64,000 nt of DNA from Candidatus Latescibacterota bacterium. Lineage in GTDB: Bacteria; Latescibacterota; UBA2968; UBA8231. Under the pieces are notes generated by a model that ran no database searches, had not been told where the DNA came from, and saw nothing but the letters and a program-made list of their open reading frames with translations. How positions within the stretch are numbered: position 1 is the first letter of the stretch; each line of letters starts with the position of its first letter. The translations under genes and the position numbers were made by a program. The stretch covers positions 384,001 to 448,000 of the forward strand of contig CBDAOB010000005.1 in assembly GCA_965197905.1 (NCBI GenBank), in the 5' to 3' direction. Positions 51,680 through 60,963 of the stretch are shown here, piece by piece.

Positions 51680-54305
51680 TAAGCTCGATGGCTGCTCGGG
51701 CTCGCATCGTTGCCCTGATGTTCCTGCCCTGTCTAATTGGCGCAGCCCCAGTTTGTGCGCGAACGTTCGAGGTTCAACCTGGCGCCAATCAGCTTCAGGA
51801 CATACTGAGCCGCGTTGCCCCCGGCGATTCGATTAAACTGGCAAAAAGTGGCACCTACATCGAGAGCGCCGCTATCCTTTTGCCCGAATTTCCGCTGACG
51901 ATTCTGGCTTCGAACGACTTGGACAGCCGGCCGGTGCTGAAAACGGAAGGGCTGCTGGTCCAATCGGATCTTCGCGTTCAGTCTGTCGTATTCGACGGTG
52001 GGCATACTGCGGAGTATGCCATCCGTTCGCTGGCCCGCGAACCTAGCAGCCTGATCGTCGATATCGTGGAATTCCGAGTTCCGAATCTCACACCAGGGAA
52101 CCGGCGACCCCGCAGCCGATACAGCGTCCTTCACGATGCGGTAAGGCATTGGGATTTGCAGGGAAGGACATGGTCCGCGTTCTCCAGGTGTCAGGCAGCA
52201 CGTTTCACCGTCTCGGCGCGGCGGCCATCGAGGTTGCCCAAGGAGACGCTGCGCTCTCGGTGCGAATTGCGGATGTAACGATCCACGATGCAGCCGACGG
52301 CATCGTGCTCAATGATGTGGAACAGGCGGTAGTCTCCGGAGTCATTCTTTCCGCCATCCGAAACAATGTCGCCGGCGGAACTGAAAAGTTGACTGTTCGC
52401 AATTCGTGTGTTTTCGATTCGAAGAAACACCAGCACATAAGCGGCATCCGTTGTCTGAACTGCCTGGAAGCTAACCCGGAGTTCTACGACCCGAATGATG
52501 ATGACTTTTCTCTGCTTCCAGAGTCTCCCTGTCTTTGGCTCGGCAAGGGTTACACCCCAATTGGTGACCCACGATGGACGGGTGATGCTACCAAGATCGC
52601 GCGGTCCAAACGGGAGCGGGACGTGGCGGTGCGTTGGTCGGGCGGAGTTGGTGTGGGTGTTATTGCGGTATTTCTGGCGTTCTCGGCAATGCGCCGGCAT
52701 TTTCACAAATCGACATCGGCATCGTTGAGAGAAAGGGACGCCCACTATCGCCCTATCCTCGAAAGCAGCACAGATGGCATCGTATTTATCGATCCCAATT
52801 CGCACCAGATTCTCGAAATGAACGACGCTTTCATCGCCAGGCATAATCTGCAGAATTGGCCCGAAAAGGTGCACCAGGTCGAGGCGCTTTTCGACAATGA
52901 TGATGACTTGACCGGCCTCTTCGAGGCAGTGAACGACGACCGACCCTACTCCGCGCATCATCGCCTGAAGCTGGCAGATGGCTCAATCATGGACGCAGAA
53001 ATCGATGTCCATACCCTAGCGTTTCGCGGCAGCAAAACCGTGTGTCTGGTGACCCACGACATAAGTCAATGGAAAAACGAAACGCGGAAGCTGATAGAGG
53101 TAGAAGAGCACCTGCAACATCTGCTGAGTTCGAGCCCGGCTGTCCTCTACAGCCGTCCGTTGGATCAAACCTTCGGGTTCTCCTTCGTATCGGCGAGCGT
53201 AGCAAACCTGTTACAATTGCGAGTGGCCGATCTCTTGTCAGATCCACAGTACTTCAAATGGCGCATCCACATGGAAGACCTGCCAAGGGTGATGGGTGAA
53301 CAGCGACGAGTACTGAATGCGGGCAAACAAGCTCAGGAATACCGCATCCAGAACGGCAGAAGTGAGTACCGTTGGATCCGAGACGAGACCTTCCTGGTCT
53401 ATGACGACGACGGTAGTCCCCTCGAGATCGTTGGCACCATAGTCGATGTCACCTCGCGCGTAGTAGCCGAACAAAGCCGCATGGCAGTTGAGGCTGAGCT
53501 CGAACAGCAGAAGGTGCTGAGTATGCGCGCCGACCGTCTGAGATCACTGGGTGAGATGGCCGCCGGGATCGCTCACGAACTCAATCAGCCCCTAGTGGGG
53601 GTACGTGGATGTGCCGAGCACACCCTCATCGGGATGGAGCGTGGATGGGATATGGATGAGGAAAAACTGGTGGAACGACTGGAGACCATCATCGAGCAGG
53701 TGGACCGTATGGTCCATATCATTGACCACGTAAGGAGGTTTGCACGTCAAGCAGGCGACCCCCAAAAAAAACTCACCCAAGTAAATGATATCGTCACATC
53801 GAGCGTCAGTCTGCTCGGCACTCAGCTGCGACTTAGCGGTGTCGAGTTACGAACGACACTGGGAGTCCATCTTCCCGAGGTGTTTGTGAATCCTTTTTCT
53901 TTGGAAGAGGTTGTGTTGAACCTGGTTGTCAATGCAAGGGATGCTCTGGAAGGTCGGAATGGGGAGCATGATCCCCCGGTTGTTGAGGTAAGGACGGATA
54001 CCGATGAGAGGGGATGGGTGCGGATTGGTGTTGTCCACAATGGCTGTGGCATTCCTGCCGAACTGCAAGACCGCGTCTGGCAGCCTTTCTTCACCACGAA
54101 GGATCCCGATCGTGGTACGGGACTCGGACTTTCGATCTGCCGCACGATCATCGAACAATCCGCCGGTCGGCTTGAGCTCTCTTCTGGGATCGATCGGGGC
54201 ACGACCGTGACGATTATTCTTCCTCCGCCGGAGTTGGCAACGGCCGAAGATCCCACCGGTACAGCTGGTGGTCATGGGGCACTGGAATCAGACCAGCGTC
54301 CCTGA
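51676..54305 (+). CDS. NtrB-type sensor histidine kinase with extracellular right-handed beta-helix, TM and two PAS domains (frameshifted at about 52070-52150)
   Basis: Signal peptide and LQDIL..VAPGDSIKL..GTY (51676 ORF); NPEFYDP..DDFSL...SP...IGDPRW, TM helix, two PAS domains, GEMAAGIAHELNQPL, NLVVNARDA, PFFTTK and GTGLGL (52149 ORF). Confidence 0.8.
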
Positions 54306-54312
54306 AGCCGGT

Positions 54313-57015
54313 TCAGCTAGTTGCCACACTGACGGACCGCTTCAGCGCATCGCTGACGAACTCGAGTAACTGCGCCCGACTGTACGAGCCCTTTTCGAGT
54401 ATGCCCTCCACGCGTTCGTCGAGCCGTTCTCGCTCTCCCGAACTCAGCTGCTGGGCCGTTACCACGACCACAGGGATATCCCGCCAATCTTCGTGCTTTT
54501 GAAGTTTTTCGACAACGTCGAAGCCGTCGAGTTCCGGCATCATCAGATCCAAGAGGATGAGATCGGGCGGTTGCCGGGCAACAGCGTCCATGGCCTCACG
54601 TCCATTCTCCGCCTCAGCCACCTGCCAGCCCTCCTTATCCAGGGTCCGCTTCATCATCGCACGGGTGTTGGCGTCGTCCTCTACGACCAATATGCGACCG
54701 GACGATTCAGGAATCTGTTGGCTCAACGCGGCGATCAAGCGGTCACTGGACACGGGTTTTGCGAGATAATCAGCTGCTCCCAATGCGTATCCTTTGCTGT
54801 GATCGTCGACCATCGTCAGCATGATCACAGGAATATGGGCGAGGTCCTCATCTTTCTTGAGCTCCTGTAGGACAGTCCAGCCATCCATTGTCGGCATGGA
54901 AACATCGAGCGTAATCGCCGATGGCCGCAGCTGTCTCGCCTTCTCCAGTCCTTCGAGTCCGTCCTTGGCTGCGACCGCGGAGAATCCCTCTTTTGTCAAG
55001 TAGCGCATGACAATCTGCCTTGCAGCTTCATCGTCGTCGATAACGAGAATCACCTCGCCTTGTTCGAGGTTTATCTCGTTCTCGTCGTTCTCGGTAGACG
55101 ATGAACTCGAAGAAACGGAACCGGCCTCTGCCGGCAAACGCATCGTGAAGGTAGACCCCTTTTCCGGTTCGCTCTTCAGGAGGATCTCGCCGCCCATCAT
55201 CTGACAAAAGTGCCGGGTGATCGCCAAACCTAGCCCCGTACCCCCGAACTTCCGGGTCGTCGATAGGTCCGCCTGTGCGAAAGCTTGGAAGACATTCGAC
55301 ATCTGCTCTTCCGTCATGCCCACCCCCGTATCAGTGATCTGGAAGACAATCCACTCTCTCTCATTCTCCGACTGACGCTCGACCTTTACGTAAATATTAC
55401 CCCCTGTGGTAAATTTGGCGGCGTTCGAGAGCAGGTTCATCAGGTTCTGCCTCAGCTTCGTCTGATCCGTCACCATCTGACCCACACCATCGGAAATCTC
55501 CAACTCCAAGACATTGTCGCTCTGTTTGACCAGTGGCTCAACTGTTGCCACTACCTCCTCTGCCAAGGCGCCGGCTTCAAATCGTTCGATGTAGAGCTCC
55601 ATTCGCCCGGCCTCGATTTTGGACAAGTCTAGAATATCGTTTATGAGGGAGAGCAAATGCTTGCCGGATCCGTGTATCTTCTCCAGATCCGTCACGAACT
55701 CATCATTTCCTTGGTCCGATGCGTCTTCCTGGAGCATCTCGCTGTAGCCTATGATCGCGTTCAGCGGTGTTCGCAGTTCATGGCTCATATTTGCCAGGAA
55801 CGAACTCTTGGCGCGGCTCGATTGCTCCGCCGCGTCCTTTGCTTCTCGCAGTTCATCTTCCCTTTGCTTGCGCTCTGTCAGATCCTGCGCGACACACACA
55901 TATCCCTGGATTCCACCTTCGTCGTGTTTGAGAGCCGCAGCAACGATGGCGACTGGTATGTGCCGTCCGTGCTTGTCTACGTAAATATCCTCAAGACTGT
56001 GAGTAACTTCATCGCCTGCAAGCTGCTCAATTTCAGACTCAATAAGCCTAGATTCCGGGGCCAGAATCTCCTGAAATGGCCGCTCGATAAGCTCCTCGGG
56101 GTCGAGTCCGAGCAACCTGCTAGTCGTTTGATTCACCATCTTGATGTTGACTTCGGCGTCGAGGACTATGAGAGAATTTCCCATCGACCTAATGATATTA
56201 TCCACGTAATTTCTCGAAACGGTAGTCTCTTTCAGGCTCTTCGTCATGGTTTGAAAAGACTCAACAAGATCGCCGACTTCATCACGACTGTTCGATGGGA
56301 TGTCAAGATCCGTTTCGAGCTGACCCTTTGCGACCCCAGCCATCGCTTCTGACAGCATCCGGATCGGCGACACAATTCTGTTGGTGAGCAGTACGAACAC
56401 AACCGTGAACAAGGCCAAAATCAAGATGCCGACTAGCAATGTGGCTCGGACACGAGATCGAACTTCATCCCCCGTATGCCCCAACTCTACATCCAATGCC
56501 AACTGTCTGTCGCGGATCAAGATTTGAAGTTTAGAATCGAGATCCGTCCTCGACACCGTCGCCGCTAGTTGTGATGTCTCCTCCGTGCTCAGGAATCCAA
56601 GGTCTTCTCCCTCCGCCTCACTCGCCAAAAGCATTTCTGCAAGTTCACGAGCTATGATTTGGTACTGGTCGACGTCCCTTTCAAGGTCCTGCAAATCGGA
56701 CAGCTCTGCTTCAGGTGTCAGCGCCATCAAGCGTCTCAAGTGTTCGACAAGGAGGGATTTCTCGCCATCGCTGGCGGTAAGGAGTGCGGGTTCGCCGATT
56801 ACGACGGCGTCTTCTATGAGTCGCGCCATGACATCGAATCTCGCTTCCAAGGCACTCGCGTGAGTAAACCGCGGCACCGATTCCTCTTTCACCTGCTCGA
56901 GGCGTGCAGGCACTATGTTGGAGGTTTGGAAATTCGTGTACATGATGAGCCCGACTGCAAGTGCAGCTCCAACCAGCACGAAGCCGAATTTTGTCCTGAG
57001 GGAAAACTGCGCCAT
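54313..57015 (-). CDS. Hybrid sensor histidine kinase (periplasmic domain-HAMP-PAS-HisKA-HATPase-REC-REC)
   Basis: Two TM helices, HAMP (PI..LS...VAKG...DEVG.L...F..M), [22 protein letters not shown] and two receiver domains (LDVSMP, LDLMMP). Confidence 0.95.
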   Translation of the reverse strand: MAQFSLRTKFGFVLVGAALAVGLIMYTNFQTSNIVPARLEQVKEESVPRFTHASALEARFDVMARLIEDAVVIGEPALLTASDGEKSLLVEHLRRLMALTPEAELSDLQDLERDVDQYQIIARELAEMLLASEAEGEDLGFLSTEETSQLAATVSRTDLDSKLQILIRDRQLALDVELGHTGDEVRSRVRATLLVGILILALFTVVFVLLTNRIVSPIRMLSEAMAGVAKGQLETDLDIPSNSRDEVGDLVESFQTMTKSLKETTVSRNYVDNIIRSMGNSLIVLDAEVNIKMVNQTTSRLLGLDPEELIERPFQEILAPESRLIESEIEQLAGDEVTHSLEDIYVDKHGRHIPVAIVAAALKHDEGGIQGYVCVAQDLTERKQREDELREAKDAAEQSSRAKSSFLANMSHELRTPLNAIIGYSEMLQEDASDQGNDEFVTDLEKIHGSGKHLLSLINDILDLSKIEAGRMELYIERFEAGALAEEVVATVEPLVKQSDNVLELEISDGVGQMVTDQTKLRQNLMNLLSNAAKFTTGGNIYVKVERQSENEREWIVFQITDTGVGMTEEQMSNVFQAFAQADLSTTRKFGGTGLGLAITRHFCQMMGGEILLKSEPEKGSTFTMRLPAEAGSVSSSSSSTENDENEINLEQGEVILVIDDDEAARQIVMRYLTKEGFSAVAAKDGLEGLEKARQLRPSAITLDVSMPTMDGWTVLQELKKDEDLAHIPVIMLTMVDDHSKGYALGAADYLAKPVSSDRLIAALSQQIPESSGRILVVEDDANTRAMMKRTLDKEGWQVAEAENGREAMDAVARQPPDLILLDLMMPELDGFDVVEKLQKHEDWRDIPVVVVTAQQLSSGERERLDERVEGILEKGSYSRAQLLEFVSDALKRSVSVATS

Positions 57016-57018
57016 GAT

Positions 57019-57471
57019 CTAATCGGTGATTTTTACGACTCTAATTTGGTCGTCCTGCTGGCTCAGTCCCTCAACGACACCGATGGCGCCGGGATGACGG
57101 CCCGCGAACGCCATGACCTCCTTCGCCGTTGGCATTGTCCTGGGAACAGTGCCACCGCCGGAAAACAGCCGGCGCTTCCAGTAAGCCCGATACTGGCTGA
57201 GCGACTTTCCCAGAACCGCACGGACAAACTCCTGCGTCACCGGACCCGTACTTGACTGAAGCGCAGGTATGATCTTCTTGCCGGAAGCCCACGTGGACTT
57301 TCTCCCCAGAAAGATGGCCGCCAGTTCTGAGCGTGTGATTTCACGCACCTCATTCTCGGCGTTAATGACGATTGTCCCCGTGAAAGCTGTCGGTCCAGCT
57401 GCATGCCCGGTTGTGGGGAGCACCATGAAAACCGCGCAACAGAGCGTTAGAAGACAACAGTATTTGTTCAT
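57019..57471 (-). CDS. Small periplasmic protein resembling phosphate-ABC substrate-binding-like domains
   Basis: Signal peptide; VINAEN....ITRSEL..IFLGRK..W..G, Y..YW...LFSG.G..P and V..F...HPGAIG.V. Confidence 0.82.
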   Translation of the reverse strand: MNKYCCLLTLCCAVFMVLPTTGHAAGPTAFTGTIVINAENEVREITRSELAAIFLGRKSTWASGKKIIPALQSSTGPVTQEFVRAVLGKSLSQYRAYWKRRLFSGGGTVPRTMPTAKEVMAFAGRHPGAIGVVEGLSQQDDQIRVVKITD

Positions 57472-57484
57472 CAGTTCACTATCC

Positions 57485-58549
57485 CTAAAACCCGAGTACA
57501 GCGGCGGCTTTTATCTCGTGGTAATCACGGCCTGGTAGGTCGCGGAGGCCAGCGCTGTTGGCTGCGCCCTTCAGGTAGTTCTCCTCCAGCTTCAGGATCA
57601 GACCCCCGCTTGTCTCGATATTAACTCCGAATATAACCCCGATTCCATGATTGCTTCCCGAACTGAGATTCGAGTCCACGAAATCCAATCTCAGGTATGG
57701 CGTAAAACCGGTGGAGATCTGGTAGGAAGGCTGGACGAACCACCCCAGCTGTCTCACCACGGCGTCGGAATCGGGTTTCCTGAAACCCAGCACTACCTCT
57801 GCTACTATTCGAAAAGCTTCGCGATCGTACTCTATCTCGATTCCTTCGCTCATTGTGTAGTCGTAGTCTGGCCCCGAGAGCTTGTCGAAATAAAAAGAGC
57901 CTCCCAGGTGGACTGTCGGTGACCGATCGTACCCAATTCGCGCGGTGACCGATTTCGCTTTGTTGTTATCCTCTTCAAACGGATTCGTCTCTTCTTGCTC
58001 GCCGTTTGCGATCAAAACATCGTAGTCGAGGTAGCCATCCCTGAGCACAACGTCGCCGTGAAGGCCTATGCCGGTACCCCATCTTGGAAAGAAACGGAAG
58101 GCGTCCTTGACGATGCGTTCGGTTTTGTTGGTACCAGCGGCCTCTTTGACTGATAGGAAGGCAGGTTTTGCCGTGTGTATTTCGTTGAAAATGCCGAAAG
58201 GTGTAAACATTTTTCCAAAGCGCAACTTGACGAGATCCGATACCGCATATTCTACAAATCCGTATTCGAGCGCCATATTGCCGCGGTTATCCTCACTCGC
58301 GCCCCCATGTTCCCATGTGACGTCCGTGGCAGCTCGTATCCTGTCGTCTACTTGGATGTTGAAGACCAAGTCGAAGAGGTCCGCATCGAAAGAAAAATTT
58401 GGATCGCCAGGCCCGTCTTCTGCATTTCCGAGTTGCTTTTCGAATTCAAAGCTCGTGTACCCATTTAGTGTGATCATGTCTCTGTCTATGGCCGTCGCCG
58501 GGACGTAGAGAAGAAGCGTGCATCCGAATACGATTTTGAGCATCCTCAT
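57485..58549 (-). CDS. Outer-membrane beta-barrel protein (porin-like)
   Basis: Signal peptide; EHG, LEYGFVEY, LRFGK..TPFG.FNE, DNNKAK...RIG, amphipathic strands and C-terminal Phe. Confidence 0.85.
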   Translation of the reverse strand: MRMLKIVFGCTLLLYVPATAIDRDMITLNGYTSFEFEKQLGNAEDGPGDPNFSFDADLFDLVFNIQVDDRIRAATDVTWEHGGASEDNRGNMALEYGFVEYAVSDLVKLRFGKMFTPFGIFNEIHTAKPAFLSVKEAAGTNKTERIVKDAFRFFPRWGTGIGLHGDVVLRDGYLDYDVLIANGEQEETNPFEEDNNKAKSVTARIGYDRSPTVHLGGSFYFDKLSGPDYDYTMSEGIEIEYDREAFRIVAEVVLGFRKPDSDAVVRQLGWFVQPSYQISTGFTPYLRLDFVDSNLSSGSNHGIGVIFGVNIETSGGLILKLEENYLKGAANSAGLRDLPGRDYHEIKAAAVLGF

Positions 58550-58569
58550 TCCAAATCTCTCTTTACCAA

Positions 58570-59997
58570 TTGGGCGCCAGTACCTTTCTGACAAAGGTCT
58601 ACCACTGGAACGGTGGTTATCGCCTGCATTATCGGTCCGGCGATCGTCACCTCATCGCCGAAAGCAAAGACGGTTTTAATTGGACGAAGCCGGAATTCGG
58701 CGCGGTGGAATTCGAGGGCTCGACCAAGAACAACATCATCGCAGGCAGTGGCGAACACTACTTCGAGGATTCTTCGGCGCCTCCCGAAGAGCGTTTCAAG
58801 CTCATCGGCATGAAAGGTGGCCTTTACGACGCGGAGCGGAACAGCGATGGCAATTTTGTCCCGTACGAAGGCACTAGCGAGAAAGCCAAGGCCCTGATCG
58901 CCGAAGGGGGCGACGCTGGAGCGGTGGACACCTTCGACTTGCAGGAATCACCGGCGACGCGCATGACCTTTCGCGACAAGTGGGTGCAGCTGAAGGGATT
59001 TCTGGTGGGCAGCGTTTCCGCCGATGGCATCCATTTCAAGGAGCTGGAAAAATCGTTTCTGCCGGAGTGGGTGGATGGCGACAACCTCATCAGCTACGAC
59101 GAGGAGCTGGGAAAATACGTTGGTTACCTGCGTTTCCACCTGGCGGGCCGGCGCTGTGTCGGCATTTCCTACAGCGATGATTTCCGTACTTTCACGCCCG
59201 AGCAGGTGGTCCTGCAGATCGATTCCGCCGATCCGCCGGAAGATTCATTCTACAACCACAGCTATACACGTTACCCCGGGCGCAGCGATCTGCACGCCAT
59301 GTTCGTCTCCATCTTTCATCAGGACACCGGTTTGATCGACATTCAGCTGGCGGTCAGCCACGACGGTCTACAATGGGATCGCCCCAACCGGATCAAGCCG
59401 ATCATCCCCAACGGCCCCGACGGCAGTCCCGACTCCGGTTGCATCTACGTGGCCCCGGATCTGATCGAGCTGCCGGAGGGCCGATACGCCATTGCCTACT
59501 CGGGCCGGCTCAAAAGGCATATTGAAGGGGTTGGGGAAGACACGGACGATATCTATGAACAGGGCATCATCCGTTACGCCACCTGGGAGCGGGACCGGCT
59601 GGTTGGGATCAGGGCTAGGCAGCTGGGCAGCTTTACCTTGCGCCAAGACCGCTATCGGCGACCAGAGGATTGCCCCGACAGCATTGAGGTGCCACCGTTC
59701 GATCGTTTTCCTCCGGTGGCCGACCCGAACGAACCTCCAGGGCAGCTGCGAATAAACTACCGCTGCGAGATGGGAGGCTGGATACGGGCCGAGCTGATCC
59801 CGGTGATCGGACCCATGACCCATCCCCAGATCGATGCGCTGGAAGGCTACGGTTTCGCTGATTGCCACACCATGGATGGAGATGAGATCGACCAGGTGGT
59901 CACCTGGAGAGGCAAGGATAATATCGCCTGCCTGTCGGACACCATGGCGGTTCGAATCGAGATGTACCGCACTACGCTGTTTTCATTTTCTCTTTGA
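58570..59997 (+). CDS. Five-bladed beta-propeller glycoside-hydrolase-like protein (GH32/GH130-like), apparently 5'-truncated
   Basis: AESKDGFNWTKP..G.VEF.GS.KNN, SADGIHF, YD...KYVGYLR, SDDF and IQLAVSHDG..W. No RBS, in-frame stop at 58537, and only 20 bp from the divergent porin start. Confidence 0.72.
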   Translation: MGASTFLTKVYHWNGGYRLHYRSGDRHLIAESKDGFNWTKPEFGAVEFEGSTKNNIIAGSGEHYFEDSSAPPEERFKLIGMKGGLYDAERNSDGNFVPYEGTSEKAKALIAEGGDAGAVDTFDLQESPATRMTFRDKWVQLKGFLVGSVSADGIHFKELEKSFLPEWVDGDNLISYDEELGKYVGYLRFHLAGRRCVGISYSDDFRTFTPEQVVLQIDSADPPEDSFYNHSYTRYPGRSDLHAMFVSIFHQDTGLIDIQLAVSHDGLQWDRPNRIKPIIPNGPDGSPDSGCIYVAPDLIELPEGRYAIAYSGRLKRHIEGVGEDTDDIYEQGIIRYATWERDRLVGIRARQLGSFTLRQDRYRRPEDCPDSIEVPPFDRFPPVADPNEPPGQLRINYRCEMGGWIRAELIPVIGPMTHPQIDALEGYGFADCHTMDGDEIDQVVTWRGKDNIACLSDTMAVRIEMYRTTLFSFSL

Positions 59998-60045
59998 AAC
60001 GAACCCTTGTTATGAATTCACTGGCCGATCTCTCATGAGCTTTCA

Positions 60046-60810
60046 ATGACCGCACCGCTCCAGGATAAGGTCGCTCTGGTTACCGGAGGTGCGTCCGGAA
60101 TGGGCAGAGCCGCGGCCGTGGCTTTCGCCAAGGCGGGATGCAAGGTGGTCATCGCCGACCGCGATGCAACCGGCAGCGAAGCAACGGCGTCGCAGATCCG
60201 CCAGGCGGGTGGAGAAGTCGAATTAGTCTCGACGGATGTTACCAGGTTATCGGACGTCGAAAACATGGTGCAGGCGGCCGTCGAGAGATTCGGACGTCTG
60301 GATTGTGCCTTCAACAACGCCGGGATTGGCGGCACCATGTTCGTACCCACGGCCGACTACGAGGAAGCAACCTTCGATCAGGTCTTAAAGGTCAACCTCA
60401 AAGGAACCTTCCTCTGCATGAAGTGCGAGGTCCCGGCGATGCTGACCAACGGAGGTGGAGCGATCGTAAACATGTCCTCGGTGGCCGGTTTGTGCGGCGG
60501 CCCGATGGGCGCGGCCTACTACGCCAGCAAACATGGGGTTATCGGGCTTACGCGGGCTGCAGCGATGGAATACGCCGCAAAGGGTCTGAGGGTGAATGCA
60601 GTCTGTCCAGGATGGACCGAGACCCCACTCACCGATCCGGTAACAAGAGATAACCCGGAGCGTGAGAAATTCATTCTGGGGATGCACCCCATGGGTCGTC
60701 TATGCACCGTGGAAGAGGTAGCCAACGCGGTAGTGTGGCTGTGTTCAGACGGGGCTTCCTACATCAACGGGCACGCCCTGCCCATCGAAGGCGGTCGGCT
60801 CATCCGCTGA
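60046..60810 (+). CDS. Short-chain dehydrogenase/reductase
   Basis: VTGGASGMG, NNAG, NMSS, YYASKHG (YxxxK) and RVNAVCPG. Confidence 0.95.
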   Translation: MTAPLQDKVALVTGGASGMGRAAAVAFAKAGCKVVIADRDATGSEATASQIRQAGGEVELVSTDVTRLSDVENMVQAAVERFGRLDCAFNNAGIGGTMFVPTADYEEATFDQVLKVNLKGTFLCMKCEVPAMLTNGGGAIVNMSSVAGLCGGPMGAAYYASKHGVIGLTRAAAMEYAAKGLRVNAVCPGWTETPLTDPVTRDNPEREKFILGMHPMGRLCTVEEVANAVVWLCSDGASYINGHALPIEGGRLIR

Positions 60811-60963
60811 GCGCAGATCGCGCCCTGGTTGACCGTAGGTAAGCTTGGGCGATTGTGGGATGATCATTACCCCGGCGCCACCCGCAGTCGCGGTGCCGCA
60901 ACCCTGAACCATCTGGAAAAATATCTGCCGTGGCGAGGCCTCGTACTCTTCCAATTGTGGGAC

